A stretch of DNA of 64,000 nt from Gammaproteobacteria bacterium (lineage in GTDB: Bacteria > Pseudomonadota > Gammaproteobacteria > Natronospirales > REEB76), in contig JBAWFA010000004.1 of assembly GCA_049591455.1 (NCBI GenBank), positions 157,138-221,137 on the forward strand, written 5' to 3'. The notes beneath the pieces were generated by a model. It was not told the origin of the DNA. It saw only the letters and a program-made list of their open reading frames with translations, and made no database searches. Positions 27,710 to 38,516 of this stretch are shown piece by piece; position 1 is the first letter of the stretch; every line of letters starts with the position of its first letter. Both the position numbers and the translations under genes were made by a program.

Positions 27710-28585
27710 TTACAGTACGCCCACCGCGCGCAGCGCACCGCGTAATTTGTCGTGATGCACTTGCGCCAGGGGCGTCAGCGGCAGACGGATACCGGCTGGT
27801 ATGCGCCCCATCTCCTTGAGCGCCCACTTGACCGGAATCGGGCTACTTTCCAGAAACAAATGCCGGTGCAGTGTATCAAGCTGCTGATTAAGCAGTTCGG
27901 CTTTTTTCCGTTCGCCATTGCACGCCGCCATGCACATGGTATGCATGAGTTTCGGTGCCACGTTTGCGGTGACAGAAATCACGCCCTTCCCGCCTCGCAG
28001 TATGAATTCCATGGCGGTGGCATCGTCGCCGCTCAGAACAAGAAAACCTTCACCACAGCGACGGCGAATGTCCTCCAGCCGCTCCAGTTTGCCAGTGGCT
28101 TCCTTGATGCCGATGACATTAGGTATCGCCGCCAGCCGCTCGATGGTTTCCGGCAGCAGGTCCGCCACGGTACGGCCAGGCACATTATAGAGAATGATGG
28201 GCAGCGGCACCGCTTCGGCGACGGCACGGAAATGCCGGTACATCCCTTCCTGGGTAGGCTTGTTGTAATACGGCACCACTACCAGTGCGGCGGCAGCCCC
28301 GTGTTCACGGGCAAGCCGTGTCAGTTCAATGGCATGCGCGGTGGAATTCGATCCGGTACCAGCGATCACCGGGATACGCCCCGCAGCCTCTTTCAGACAG
28401 CGATCCAACACTTGCATGTGCTCGCTGATTTCCAGGGTTGCCGATTCGCCAGTTGTGCCTACAGCCACGATGGCATCGGTACCTTCGGTCAGATGCCAAC
28501 GCACCAATTTCTCAAGCGCGACCAAATCCAGACGACCATCGTCGGCCATGGGCGTCACCAGCGCCACCATGCTGCCCTGAAACAT
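27710..28585 (-). CDS. dapA: 4-hydroxy-tetrahydrodipicolinate synthase
   Basis: MFQGSMVALVTPM..., GTTGES, and the catalytic-Lys region VIGIKEATG. Length 291 aa. Confidence 0.95.
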   Translation of the reverse strand: MFQGSMVALVTPMADDGRLDLVALEKLVRWHLTEGTDAIVAVGTTGESATLEISEHMQVLDRCLKEAAGRIPVIAGTGSNSTAHAIELTRLAREHGAAAALVVVPYYNKPTQEGMYRHFRAVAEAVPLPIILYNVPGRTVADLLPETIERLAAIPNVIGIKEATGKLERLEDIRRRCGEGFLVLSGDDATAMEFILRGGKGVISVTANVAPKLMHTMCMAACNGERKKAELLNQQLDTLHRHLFLESSPIPVKWALKEMGRIPAGIRLPLTPLAQVHHDKLRGALRAVGVL

Positions 28586-28733
28586 GTACTACCCTCGTTG
28601 TAAACGCGTATGTTACCGGTCGGAAGCCCTCCGGCTCAAGGCAAAGGCCATCGCCGCGCGGTTGCACGCTACACCAAACCCGGTACACTGCTGCCACGTG
28701 CACCCTAGGCAGGATCATCCGCTGCGAGCCCGA

Positions 28734-29264
28734 ATGAAACAGTTTCTGGTGATGTCCGTGCTGGCGGAAGACCGGCCCGGCATCCTCCACGACATCGCGC
28801 GTGCGGTGAAAGACTGCGGCTGCAACGTGGTGGAGAGCCGCATGACCGTACTGGGGGGGGAATTCACCATGCTGGTGCTGGTGTCCGGCAATTGGAACAC
28901 CATCACCAAACTGGAAAACCAGCTGCCGAAACTGGAAAAGCGCCTCTCACTCACGCTGTCAGCACGCCGCACAGCGGAGCGGGAGCCGCGCCACGATCTC
29001 ATCCCCTACGCTATTGACGCAGTGTGTCTCGATCAGCCGGGCATCATCTTCAATCTGGCGAACTTTTTTGCCGAGCGTAACATCGGTATTGCCGATCTGG
29101 TTACCCGCGGTTACCCGGCAGCGAACACCGGCGCGCCCATGTTTTCAGTACAGATGGCGGTGAACATTCCAGCAGACCTCCATATCGGTACGTTGCGCGA
29201 AGAGTTCATGGATTTCTGCGATCGTCTGAACCTGGATGCCATCATGGAGCCCATCAAAGGCTGA
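28734..29264 (+). CDS. gcvR: Glycine cleavage system transcriptional repressor (two ACT domains)
   Basis: MKQFLVMSVLAEDRPGILHDIARAV... plus a second ACT repeat (AVCLDQPGIIFNLANFF). It lies in the enteric-type dapA/gcvR/bcp neighbourhood. The start was set to ATG 28734. Confidence 0.8.
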   Translation: MKQFLVMSVLAEDRPGILHDIARAVKDCGCNVVESRMTVLGGEFTMLVLVSGNWNTITKLENQLPKLEKRLSLTLSARRTAEREPRHDLIPYAIDAVCLDQPGIIFNLANFFAERNIGIADLVTRGYPAANTGAPMFSVQMAVNIPADLHIGTLREEFMDFCDRLNLDAIMEPIKG

Positions 29265-29297
29265 CAATCCGTACTCGATAATTCTAGAAGAGCAAGC

Positions 29298-29774
29298 ATG
29301 ACCAAAACGGCCATCGGTAAACCCGTCCCCGATTTCGAACTTCCCGCCACCGGCGGCAAGACCGTTAAATTCTCTGGATTCAAGGGCCATAACCTCGTGC
29401 TTTATTTTTATCCCAAGGACAATACCACGGGCTGCTCGCTGGAGGCCCAGGACTTCCGCGACCATCAGGGGAAATTCAAGAAGCTCAATACCGTGATAAC
29501 GGGCGTGTCCCGGGACAGTCTGAAGTCCCACGAGAACTTCCGTGAGAAATTTGACCTCAAATTCGATTTGCTGAGCGATGAACAGGAGAAGCTCTGCAAG
29601 CTGTTCGATGTGATGAAGGAAAAGAATATGTATGGCCGCAAGGTTTATGGCATCGAACGCAGCACCTTCCTGATTGACGCCGGAGGCGTGCTTAGAAGGG
29701 AATGGCGCAAGGTCAGTGTCAAGGGACATGTGGATGAAGTCCTGGACGCCGTTAAAACCCTGGGTCGAAAATAG
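29298..29774 (+). CDS. bcp: Thiol peroxidase Bcp (peroxiredoxin)
   Basis: VLYFYPKDNTTGCSLEAQDF contains the peroxidatic Cys motif. Length 158 aa. Confidence 0.9.
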   Translation: MTKTAIGKPVPDFELPATGGKTVKFSGFKGHNLVLYFYPKDNTTGCSLEAQDFRDHQGKFKKLNTVITGVSRDSLKSHENFREKFDLKFDLLSDEQEKLCKLFDVMKEKNMYGRKVYGIERSTFLIDAGGVLRREWRKVSVKGHVDEVLDAVKTLGRK

Positions 29775-29782
29775 GGGCGCGC

Positions 29783-31216
29783 GTGAAAAAGACCCGCGAA
29801 CAACGCCGGCTCTACGTACTCGACACCAACGTGCTGATGCACGATCCCACCGCTATTTTCCGCTTCCAGGAACACGATGTGTTTCTGCCCATGGTGGTGC
29901 TGGAAGAACTGGACGCCGGCAAGAAGGGTTTGTCGGAATCAGCGCGCAATGTACGCCAGGTGAGCCGCTTTCTGGACGAGATGATGCACGACGTTAGCAA
30001 GGTGCAGATTGACGCGGGCGTGGCCATCTCTGGAGCACATCGCAATGCCGGCGCTGCCGCAGTGGCTGCCCACATCGCGGCACCGGTCACCGGACGTTTG
30101 TTTTTCCAGACGGAGCCGCTACCCTCGGTGCTGCCGGATACGCTGCCCGGCAACAAACCCGACAACAACATCCTCGGCACCACCCTCGCTTTGCAGCAGA
30201 ACTATCCCGAGCGTCGCGTGATTCTGGTTTCCAAGGACATCAACCTGCGCATCAAGGCGGCGGTGGTGGGCATCCATGCGGAGGATTATTTCAACGATAA
30301 AGCACTGGATGATCTGGATCTACTGTTCACCGGCGTGGGCGAATTGTCCAAGGACTTCTGGGAACACCATAGCAAGAACATGGAGTCCTGGCAGCAGGAA
30401 GGTCGTACCTATTACCGCATACAGGGCCCGCAGGTGAAGGCCTGGTATCCGAACGAATTTCTCTACAGCGATGCGGACAATTTCGAAGCCATGGTGCGTA
30501 CCCTAGATGAACGCGGCGCGCTCCTGGAACTGACACGCGATTACCGCGGCATTCGCCACACGGTCTGGGGTATCAATGCCCGCAATCGCGAGCAGAATTT
30601 CACCCTCAACCTGCTGTTGGATCCCAACGTGGATTTCGTCACCGTGCTGGGCGCCGCCGGGACCGGCAAGACTTTATTGGCGTTGGCCGCCGGTCTCGCA
30701 CAGACCCTGGAGCAGAACCGCTACCGCGAGATCATCATGACCCGCGTCACCGTGCCCTTGGGCGAGGACATCGGTTTTCTCCCCGGCACTGAGGAGGAAA
30801 AGATGACGCCCTGGATGGGCGCGCTCATGGATAACCTGGAAGTGCTCACCCAGTCCAACGGTGAAGGCGGCGAATGGGGCCGTGCCGCCACCAATGATTT
30901 ACTTCGCACCCGCATCAAGATCCGCTCTATGAACTTCATGCGCGGGCGCACATTTCTGAACCGTTACATCATTGTGGACGAGGCTCAGAACCTTACCCCG
31001 AAGCAGTTGAAGGCACTCATCACCCGTGCCGGTCCCGGCACCAAGATGGTCTGCATCGGCAATATTTCCCAGATTGACACCCCCTACCTGACGGAAACCA
31101 CCTCCGGCCTGACTTTTGTGGTAGACCGCTTCAAGCAATGGCCCCACTCCGGCCATATCACTTTGCTGCGAGGTGAACGTTCACGGCTTGCGGATTACGC
31201 TTCGGATATTCTTTAG
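29783..31216 (+). CDS. PIN-domain / PhoH-like ATPase (YlaK/PhoH2-type)
   Basis: N-terminal PIN (YVLDTNVLMHDP) and a PhoH P-loop GAAGTGKTLLALA with Walker B YIIVDEAQN. GTG start. Confidence 0.85.
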   Translation: MKKTREQRRLYVLDTNVLMHDPTAIFRFQEHDVFLPMVVLEELDAGKKGLSESARNVRQVSRFLDEMMHDVSKVQIDAGVAISGAHRNAGAAAVAAHIAAPVTGRLFFQTEPLPSVLPDTLPGNKPDNNILGTTLALQQNYPERRVILVSKDINLRIKAAVVGIHAEDYFNDKALDDLDLLFTGVGELSKDFWEHHSKNMESWQQEGRTYYRIQGPQVKAWYPNEFLYSDADNFEAMVRTLDERGALLELTRDYRGIRHTVWGINARNREQNFTLNLLLDPNVDFVTVLGAAGTGKTLLALAAGLAQTLEQNRYREIIMTRVTVPLGEDIGFLPGTEEEKMTPWMGALMDNLEVLTQSNGEGGEWGRAATNDLLRTRIKIRSMNFMRGRTFLNRYIIVDEAQNLTPKQLKALITRAGPGTKMVCIGNISQIDTPYLTETTSGLTFVVDRFKQWPHSGHITLLRGERSRLADYASDIL

Positions 31217-31304
31217 CGGCCCCAGTTAAATCGCGGCTACTGACAACCCACTCCGGCTGTGCTTAAATCAGTCAGCCTTTTCGCGGCTTCCTTGAGGAAA
31301 ACTC

Positions 31305-32687
31305 ATGAAGAACAAGCATTTTGCCAAATGGACCTCGCCCTTGCTCGCCGCCGCCGTGACCGCCGCGCTGCCCGGACTGGCAGCGGCTTCCAATTTCGAG
31401 CTCACCGAGCAAAGCGTCACCAGCCTGGGGAGCGCACATGCGGCAGGTGCTGCCTATGCGGATGATGCCTCTACCATCTGGTACAACCCGGCGGGCCTCA
31501 CGCGCTTGAGCGATCCCGAACTGGATGCGGGTATGAGCCTGATCCGAGTCGGCTTCAGCTTCTCGCCCACTACTGCTGTGGATGCCACCGGCGCACCGCT
31601 GTCAGGCAATAACGGCGGTAACCCCGGCAAGCTAGGTGCGGTGCCTTTCATCTATTACTCCACGCCGCTCAACGACAAATTGGCCTTCGGCATAGGCCTG
31701 GGCGTGCCCTTTGGGCTCGCCACCAGCTACAACGCCCAATCCATTTTCCGTTATCAGGCCATTTATACCTCGGTCACGGTGCTCAACATCAACCCGACGC
31801 TGGCCTATAAATTCAACGACAACTGGTCGGCCGGTTTCGGAGTGGACATCCAGCGCATGAATGTGAAGCTCACTAATGACATTGATTACGGCTCAATATG
31901 CTTCGCGGAAGTCAGTCCTACTGTGTGCAGCCAGAGCTTCGGGCTCGTGCCCCAGGGTCACGATGGATTTTTCCAAGGGGAAGCCAGCGATACCCACACT
32001 GGTTTCAACTTCGGCGTGCTGTGGCAGGATAATTCGACCCGCGTGGGCTTCTCATATCGTTCACGCGTCACACACAATTTGACTGGCAACGCCACCTTCA
32101 CCAATGTGCCGACAGTATTTGCAGGACAGGGCCTGTTCCAGGATCAGGGAATCAGCGCCCAATTCACCACTCCACAGATCCTATCCCTAAGCCTGTACCA
32201 GCAACTCACCGACCAGTGGTCCCTGATGGCGGATTGGAGTTACACCGGCTGGAACAGTTTTCAGAACCTCACCATCAATTTCTCCAATCCCAATCAGCCA
32301 CCCGCCACGGTGGATGAAGGATTGTCCAACTCGAATCGGTTTTCGGTTGGTGTGAATTACAAATACAGTGACACCTGGACCTTCCGCAGCGGAGTGGCGC
32401 TCGACAAATCGCCGGTGCCGGATCCCACCGCCACCTCTGCCACCACACCCAACAACCTGAACGGCAGCCGCACGGCACGACTGCCTGACGCAGACCGCAA
32501 ATGGATTGCATTCGGCGCCAGCTGGCATGTCTCGGAACATAGTCAGTGGGACATCGGCTATGCGCATCTGTTCATCAATAGCCACATCCCCTTCAGTCAA
32601 CTGGATGGGAGCAGCGGAGACTATATCTCCGGCCAATTCGATGCCGACGCGGATATTCTCGGCATCCAATACATTTACCGGTTCTAA
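31305..32687 (+). CDS. Outer-membrane long-chain fatty acid/hydrophobic compound transporter (FadL/TodX family)
   Basis: Signal peptide, then the SNFELTEQSVTSLGSAHAGAAYADDASTIWYNPAGL N-terminal hatch motif. The C-terminal residue is an aromatic Phe (…YIYRF). Confidence 0.85.
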   Translation: MKNKHFAKWTSPLLAAAVTAALPGLAAASNFELTEQSVTSLGSAHAAGAAYADDASTIWYNPAGLTRLSDPELDAGMSLIRVGFSFSPTTAVDATGAPLSGNNGGNPGKLGAVPFIYYSTPLNDKLAFGIGLGVPFGLATSYNAQSIFRYQAIYTSVTVLNINPTLAYKFNDNWSAGFGVDIQRMNVKLTNDIDYGSICFAEVSPTVCSQSFGLVPQGHDGFFQGEASDTHTGFNFGVLWQDNSTRVGFSYRSRVTHNLTGNATFTNVPTVFAGQGLFQDQGISAQFTTPQILSLSLYQQLTDQWSLMADWSYTGWNSFQNLTINFSNPNQPPATVDEGLSNSNRFSVGVNYKYSDTWTFRSGVALDKSPVPDPTATSATTPNNLNGSRTARLPDADRKWIAFGASWHVSEHSQWDIGYAHLFINSHIPFSQLDGSSGDYISGQFDADADILGIQYIYRF

Positions 32688-32709
32688 GCCAAATACACCG
32701 GAACGCAAA

Positions 32710-32732
32710 GCCCCCGCGTGCGGGGGCTTTTT
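32710..32732 (+). terminator. Rho-independent terminator after the fadL-like gene
   Basis: gcccccgcgtgcgggggc hairpin (7-8 bp GC stem) followed by ttttt. Confidence 0.75.
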
Positions 32733-32815
32733 ATCCGCGTTGTGCAAAAAGCCGACCGAAGCGGTCAAACCCCTTGGGCTTCGAATAACCACCGACCGTT
32801 ACCCTCCGTGCCATA

Positions 32816-34468
32816 ATGGAGATGGAAGCCCCAGTATCTTCTGAAAATCCGGGTCAGCGGGGCATGAATCACGATATGCATAGCAGCTTTTTCAAGACAT
32901 TGCTTAACTTGGCCCTTGCCGGCTTGCTGACGCTGGCTGGCGGATTCGCGCTGGCGAATCCAGGTAACCCGGCTACCGCGGGCTCCAGCTCACCCTTGCC
33001 GACGCCCAATTACCCCTACAACAGTTTTGGCTCCAACTACAGCACTGAATCACGCAGCGACTTCAACCTGCCGCAAATCGGCAAGGCGGGCGCCAACGTC
33101 CTCACACCCCAACAGGAATACCAGATCGGCGTGCAGATCATGAACGAGGCGCGCAACGAAGGCGCGATCCTGGACGATCCCTTGGTCCATGAATACATAG
33201 ACAACCTGGGCCATGAGCTGTCCTCCCACAGTGACGACCCAACGCTGCAGTTCGAATACTTTGTGGTAAATGACCCGGATATTAACGCCGTGACGCTGCC
33301 GGGCGGTTTCATCGGTGTCAATTTCGGCATGATTCTCGCAAGCGACAGCGAGGATGAACTCGCTGGCGTCATGGCGCATGAGACCAGCCACGTAACTCAG
33401 CGGCACATCGCACGCGGAATGGAAGAACAGAAAGATCGCAGCCTGCTCAACATCGCCACCCTGCTAGGCGCCATTCTGGTGGCGGCGAATGCCGGCGACC
33501 CCGACGTGGCCATGGGCACCATCGCCACCGCCCAGGGCGCCATTATTCAGCACGAGATTACTTTCACCCGCTCACAGGAAGAAGAGGCTGACCGAGTGGG
33601 CATCCAGACACTGGCGCGTGCCGGTTTCCCGCCCCAGGGCATGATCGAATTTTTCCAGAAGATGCAGCGCGATGCGGCCCTCAACGGCTACGACCGCATT
33701 CCGGAATTTCTTCTGGACCATCCGCTGGACGCGACGCGCATGGCGTATCTGCAGGAACGCGCGCTCAGCATGCATGTGCCACCACGTCCCGACAGCCGCA
33801 GTTATGCCATCATGAAAGCGCGGGTGCGGGTGCTGGAGAGCGACGACCCCGACAAGACCCTGCAGTTCTTCCAGGGAGCCCTGGATACCACCCATGGCTG
33901 GAATCAGGACGCCATACGCTACGGACTGGCCCTGACCTACGTGCAGATGGGCCGGAACGAGGATGCCATCAAGATCATGCGGCAATTAAGCGACAAATAT
34001 GACGATGTGGTGGCTTTTCGCATCGGGTTGGCAGATGCACAAATGGCGGCTGGCGAAATCGGCGCTGCTAAGGCCACCTACCAACAGGCGATGCAACTGT
34101 TTCCGGACAGCAAGCCGCTGAACTTGAATTTTGCGCGCGATCTTATTGAGGCAAACCAGCCGCAAGACGCCATTGCCATACTCATCCCCATGTCATTGCA
34201 GAGCAACAGCGATCCGGAAGTGTTGCGCATGCTGGCAAAGGCCTACGACAAAGCCGGCAACATTGCGGATTCTCATTACTACATGTCCGAGTACTATTAC
34301 ACCACCGGCCTGCCGGCGGTAGCCGCCGATCAACTGCGCATCGCGCTCGCCACACCCGGTATAGATGTCATGCAGAAACAGCGCTATCAGACGCGGCTGG
34401 AACGCCTGAAGGAATGGGCGCGCCTCAATCGGCAATCTCTGAAGCCGGGTGGCAACCCCGGGCCTTGA
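32816..34468 (+). CDS. M48 metalloprotease with TPR domain (BepA/YfgC-like)
   Basis: HETSHVTQRH (HExxH) followed by a TPR-like helical C-terminal half. The true start is probably the internal MNHDMHSS... preceding the signal sequence. Confidence 0.8.
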   Translation: MEMEAPVSSENPGQRGMNHDMHSSFFKTLLNLALAGLLTLAGGFALANPGNPATAGSSSPLPTPNYPYNSFGSNYSTESRSDFNLPQIGKAGANVLTPQQEYQIGVQIMNEARNEGAILDDPLVHEYIDNLGHELSSHSDDPTLQFEYFVVNDPDINAVTLPGGFIGVNFGMILASDSEDELAGVMAHETSHVTQRHIARGMEEQKDRSLLNIATLLGAILVAANAGDPDVAMGTIATAQGAIIQHEITFTRSQEEEADRVGIQTLARAGFPPQGMIEFFQKMQRDAALNGYDRIPEFLLDHPLDATRMAYLQERALSMHVPPRPDSRSYAIMKARVRVLESDDPDKTLQFFQGALDTTHGWNQDAIRYGLALTYVQMGRNEDAIKIMRQLSDKYDDVVAFRIGLADAQMAAGEIGAAKATYQQAMQLFPDSKPLNLNFARDLIEANQPQDAIAILIPMSLQSNSDPEVLRMLAKAYDKAGNIADSHYYMSEYYYTTGLPAVAADQLRIALATPGIDVMQKQRYQTRLERLKEWARLNRQSLKPGGNPGP

Positions 34469-34529
34469 GGGCTGGTCTTAGCGTACTTACCTGCTAGCAT
34501 ACGCAAGCCTACCGGTTACTGGAGTTTCA

Positions 34530-35459
34530 ATGTCGGAAAAATACGCCCGCCACAACCGGCGGCAGCTTGGTTTTATGTGTCTCGCGGGCTTGGCATTGGT
34601 GTTAGCGGCTTGCGCTTCTGCACCGCCGGACTACACCACCCAGACCAAAGACCCCTGGGAGAAACTCAACCGTGTCAGCTTTGCCTTCAATCAGAAGTTG
34701 GACAAGGCTGTGGCCAGGCCGGTGGCCAAAACCTACGTACGCGCCGTACCACTGCAAGCGCGTCATGGTGTTCACAACTTTTTCAGCAATCTGGGTGAGC
34801 CGGTCACAATCATCAACGATCTGCTGCAAGGTCAGCTTCGCGCTACTCTCAAGGACACCACCCGCTTTCTCGTCAACAGCACCGCGGGTCTGCTGGGCTG
34901 GTTTGACGTGGCAAGCCATCTGGAACTGCCGGCCCATGATGCGGACCTGGGCGAAACCCTAGCCCACTGGGGCGTACCCTCCGGTCCTTACCTGTTCATT
35001 CCGGTCCTTGGGCCCAGTAGCGTGCGCGACGCCAGCGCCATGTATCCGGATTACTACGCGAATCCCATCAAGAACAACATGCAGGTGCGCTATCGCAATA
35101 GCGGCGCCGTCCTGAATGGCATCGATACGCGCGCCGGTTTGCTGGACCTGGATAGCACCATTGACAGCGCCTACGACCCCTATACTTTCGTGCGCGACGC
35201 CTGGATTCAGCATCGCCGCTTCCAGCTCTACAACGGCAATCCACCTATACAATATCCCGATTATCCGGACCTGCCGCCGGATGATTCCGGTGACAGCAGT
35301 GGACCCGCCGCCGGCACTACCGCGGCACCCGCGGGGGTGAGTGCAAGCACGCCGGCTGCCACAACCCATATCACAACCTCACCAGCTGCCTCCACGCAGC
35401 CACCTGCAGACGTTTTGCCGCCTGAAAACAGAAGCGGCGGGAATATCCCGCCGCCTTGA
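34530..35459 (+). CDS. mlaA: MlaA/VacJ-family lipoprotein
   Basis: Lipobox LVLAACAS and the DPWEKLNRVSFAFNQKLDKAVARPVAKTY motif of VacJ. The C-terminal tail is Pro/Thr-rich. Confidence 0.85.
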   Translation: MSEKYARHNRRQLGFMCLAGLALVLAACASAPPDYTTQTKDPWEKLNRVSFAFNQKLDKAVARPVAKTYVRAVPLQARHGVHNFFSNLGEPVTIINDLLQGQLRATLKDTTRFLVNSTAGLLGWFDVASHLELPAHDADLGETLAHWGVPSGPYLFIPVLGPSSVRDASAMYPDYYANPIKNNMQVRYRNSGAVLNGIDTRAGLLDLDSTIDSAYDPYTFVRDAWIQHRRFQLYNGNPPIQYPDYPDLPPDDSGDSSGPAAGTTAAPAGVSASTPAATTHITTSPAASTQPPADVLPPENRSGGNIPPP

Positions 35460-35480
35460 ACAACGCCTTTCTCCGAAAAT

Positions 35481-35786
35481 TTATGCTGTCAAGGGCAGCA
35501 TCTTGTCTACATCGCTGATGCGAGCGATAGCCATAACCTGTTGAGGTACATTGCGGAAGCTGAGTTTGCATTTACCGTGGTGGGCCCAGACGATCCATTC
35601 AATTAACAGGGATAGACCAGCGCTGTCAGTGGCCTTTACCCCGGACAGATCCAGTTCAATGGCGTGGTATTCAGCAAACAGCCGCCGGCTGGTTTCCAGC
35701 GCTTCCCCCACCGTGTCGAAGCTCAACCGGCCTTCCACCTGGACCCGGCCTCCTCCGACATCCTCGAACACCACCTTGTCCGTCAT
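35481..35786 (-). CDS. mlaB: STAS-domain protein MlaB
   Basis: 101-aa STAS-like protein (…LDLSGVKATDSAGLSLLIEW…). It is the last gene of the mlaFEDCB operon. Confidence 0.75.
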   Translation of the reverse strand: MTDKVVFEDVGGGRVQVEGRLSFDTVGEALETSRRLFAEYHAIELDLSGVKATDSAGLSLLIEWIVWAHHGKCKLSFRNVPQQVMAIARISDVDKMLPLTA

Positions 35787-36439
35787 CAGGAACCACTGCC
35801 CTGGGACTGCGGCGCCGGTGGTTTCTCTGCATCCGCATTGAGCCGCTTGATAAGGGCATCCAGTCCATTCTGCTGGATCTCGGGTCCGAATTGATTGCGG
35901 TAATTCAGGACATAGGAGATGCCCTCGATGCTCACGTCAAACGCCTTCCAGCCATCTTGGGTACGTACCATTATATAATCTACCTGCACAGGCGGCGCAT
36001 TGGCGCGCAATACCTGGGTGCGAATCGTGGCGCGACTGTCATTCGCGCCATGGTGCCACGGCTGCACGCGGATATTTCGTTGGGAATAGTTGCCGTTCAA
36101 CAAGCCGTCACTGTAACTGTGAACCAGATACTTGTAGAACGCGTCTTCAAAGGCCTTGCGCTGCGCTGGCGTTGCTGAATTCCAGTAAGGCCCCAGCACC
36201 AGCCGCGAAGCCAGATCGAAATCAAAATGGGGCAACAAGATATTGCCGATGATCCCATAGAGATCCTGCGGGTGCTGTTTCAGTTCATCACGCTTACCAT
36301 TCACGGCTGCGAATATCTGCGTGGCTGTCTGTTGGATCACCTGGTCCGGAGGCAGTGTGGACGCTGCGGTATTCGCCAGCGCCGGCGCGCTCAGGCACAA
36401 CATCAAAACAGCGATAAACAAGCTCTTGGTATGCATCAC
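35786..36439 (-). CDS. mlaC: Phospholipid-binding periplasmic protein MlaC (Ttg2D family)
   Basis: Signal peptide plus a Ttg2D-like pattern (…LLPHFDFDLASRLVLGPYW…FKYLVHSY…). Operon context supports the call. Confidence 0.85.
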   Translation of the reverse strand: MMHTKSLFIAVLMLCLSAPALANTAASTLPPDQVIQQTATQIFAAVNGKRDELKQHPQDLYGIIGNILLPHFDFDLASRLVLGPYWNSATPAQRKAFEDAFYKYLVHSYSDGLLNGNYSQRNIRVQPWHHGANDSRATIRTQVLRANAPPVQVDYIMVRTQDGWKAFDVSIEGISYVLNYRNQFGPEIQQNGLDALIKRLNADAEKPPAPQSQGSGS

Positions 36440-36906
36440 TTACTCCCTGAAGACGCCTTGTTAAACAGGAATTGGCCAATCAGGTTTTCTAGAATGATGG
36501 CTGATTGGGTGAACTGTATGGTACTGCCATTCTTGAGAAAGGTCCCAGAGCCGCCAAGCGTCAGCCCGACATATTGCTCACCGAGAAGACCGGAGGTAAG
36601 AATGCTGGCACTGGAATCGTCCGGAATATGATTGTACCTGCTGTTAATCCGCATGGTCACGATGGCGTTGAAGGTCTGGGGATCGAGATTAATATCGGTG
36701 ACGCGCCCCACAGCCACGCCTGCCATGGTCACCGGTGCCCGCACTTTCAGGCCGCCCACGTTTGTAAAGCTGGCTGTGACACTATAGCCACCCGTGTCGC
36801 TATACGCCCCGATGTCGGTGGTGCGTGTGGCCAGGAAAAACAGCGCACAGAAGCCCAGAATGATGAACAGGCCCGTGCTGATTTCGATGGTTCTTGTCTG
36901 ACGCAT
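36436..36906 (-). CDS. mlaD: MCE-domain protein MlaD
   Basis: N-terminal TM anchor plus MCE core (GLKVRAPVTMAGVAVGRV). Operon context supports the call. Confidence 0.85.
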   Translation of the reverse strand: MRQTRTIEISTGLFIILGFCALFFLATRTTDIGAYSDTGGYSVTASFTNVGGLKVRAPVTMAGVAVGRVTDINLDPQTFNAIVTMRINSRYNHIPDDSSASILTSGLLGEQYVGLTLGGSGTFLKNGSTIQFTQSAIILENLIGQFLFNKASSGSK

Positions 36907-36909
36907 GAG

Positions 36910-37689
36910 TCACACTCCGTGAAACATTAAAGCCGTGAGAAGATAGTCCAGCACCAGTACCGCCAATGCGCTATTCACCACGGTACGCGTGGTGGCACGG
37001 CTCACTCCCTCGGCGGTTGGGTGCGAGTAGTAGCCTTCATACACCGCCAGCAGGCTGCATGCGCCGCCAAACACAATGCTTTTGATGAAACCGCCGAATA
37101 CATCGTCCCATAAGTCCACGTTGGTGCGCATCTGCGCCCAGAAGGCTCCGGGATCCACGCCCATGAGAGACACACCGACGATATACCCGCCTAGCAAGCC
37201 CACGGCACTGAAAATCATGGTTAACAACGGCACCGAAATAGCACCGGCGAGAAAGCGCGGCACCACGATGCGGCGCACCGGATCCACCGCCATCATTTCC
37301 ATGCCGGCGATCTGCTCGGTGGCGCGCATCAAGCCGATTTCGGAAGTCAGTGCCGTACCGGCACGGCCGGCGAACAATAATGCGGTCACCACCGGACCAA
37401 GTTCACGCAACAGTGAAAGCGCCACCAGTGTGCCGAGTGCCGTGGTCGCCGCGAATTTTGACAGGGTGTTGTAGCCCTGCAGGCCCATGACCATGCCTAC
37501 GAACAGGCCGGACACCATGATAAGCACCAGCGACATGGCGCCAACCGAATATATCTGCTGCCATATGATCCGCCAGCGCAGCAACGCCGCTGGCGTGTAG
37601 CGAAACAGGCGGAACAGGAACAGCCAGCAGGCGCCCAAGCCCTGCAGGAAGTCCAGCAGGATGTAGTACAGTTCCCGAAGCAATCGCAT
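36910..37689 (-). CDS. mlaE: ABC permease MlaE
   Basis: 260-aa polytopic permease. ATG 37689 overlaps the mlaF stop (ATGA); the longer listed ORF is an upstream extension. Confidence 0.85.
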   Translation of the reverse strand: MRLLRELYYILLDFLQGLGACWLFLFRLFRYTPAALLRWRIIWQQIYSVGAMSLVLIMVSGLFVGMVMGLQGYNTLSKFAATTALGTLVALSLLRELGPVVTALLFAGRAGTALTSEIGLMRATEQIAGMEMMAVDPVRRIVVPRFLAGAISVPLLTMIFSAVGLLGGYIVGVSLMGVDPGAFWAQMRTNVDLWDDVFGGFIKSIVFGGACSLLAVYEGYYSHPTAEGVSRATTRTVVNSALAVLVLDYLLTALMFHGV

Positions 37690-38516
37690 CAGATACGCTC
37701 CTCGCCCAATAACTGCTTGGCATAATCCGGCGCGGGATAATGGAACGGCACCGGACCGTCCGCCAGGCCTTTCATGAACTGCCGCACCCAAGCTGATTTA
37801 TTGTGCTCCAACTCTTCAGGCGTGCCATAAGCCACCACCTTGCCGTTGGAAATCAGGTAACTCTGGTCCGACACCGCGTTCACTTCATCCACGTCGTGGG
37901 AAACGATGATGCTGGTGAGTCCCAGGCTGTCATTCAATACGCGGATCAGGCGCACGATCACACCCATGGAAATCGGATCGAGACCCACGAAGGGTTCGTC
38001 ATAAAAGATGATCTTGGGATCCATGGCGATGGCACGCGCCAGCGCCACACGCCGTGCCATACCGCCAGAAAGCTCCGTCGGCATCATGTCAGCGGCGCCG
38101 CGCAGACCCACGGCCTGAAGTTTCATCAGCACAATGTGGCGGATGAGGCTCTCCGGCAGCCGGGTATGTTCGCGCAGGGGAAAGGCTACGTTTTCGTACA
38201 CCGTGTTGTCGGTGAACAACGCGCCGTTCTGGAACAGGAATCCCATCTGCTTGCGCAACTCATAGAGTGCATTTGTGGTCAGGTGCGCGACGTTTTTGCC
38301 CTCGACCATCACCCGGCCACGATCCGGCAATACCTGTCCAGTCATAATGCGCAGCAGCGTGGTCTTGCCGGTGCCGCTTGGCCCCATGATGGCGGTGACC
38401 TTGCCGCGGGGAATGCTGATGTTGAGCCGGTCAAAAATGGCCTTGTCGCCAACCCGGTATTTCAGGCCGGTGATTTCCACCACGTTGCCGCCGTTCTTCT
38501 GCTCTTCTGTTGTCAT
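37689..38516 (-). CDS. mlaF: ABC ATPase MlaF
   Basis: Walker [10 protein letters not shown], signature [12 protein letters not shown] and Walker B IIFYDEPF. Confidence 0.9.
   Translation of the reverse strand: MTTEEQKNGGNVVEITGLKYRVGDKAIFDRLNISIPRGKVTAIMGPSGTGKTTLLRIMTGQVLPDRGRVMVEGKNVAHLTTNALYELRKQMGFLFQNGALFTDNTVYENVAFPLREHTRLPESLIRHIVLMKLQAVGLRGAADMMPTELSGGMARRVALARAIAMDPKIIFYDEPFVGLDPISMGVIVRLIRVLNDSLGLTSIIVSHDVDEVNAVSDQSYLISNGKVVAYGTPEELEHNKSAWVRQFMKGLADGPVPFHYPAPDYAKQLLGEERI

Noticed and set aside
27051-27755. 234-aa plus-strand ORF
   Set aside because: It starts inside the tRNA-Ser gene and runs antisense through the lipoprotein gene. It is Arg-rich and spurious.
27752-28603. 283-aa plus-strand ORF
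   Set aside because: It lies exactly antisense to dapA, which has an unambiguous protein signature. The ORF is His/Arg/Gly-rich, a typical high-GC shadow ORF.
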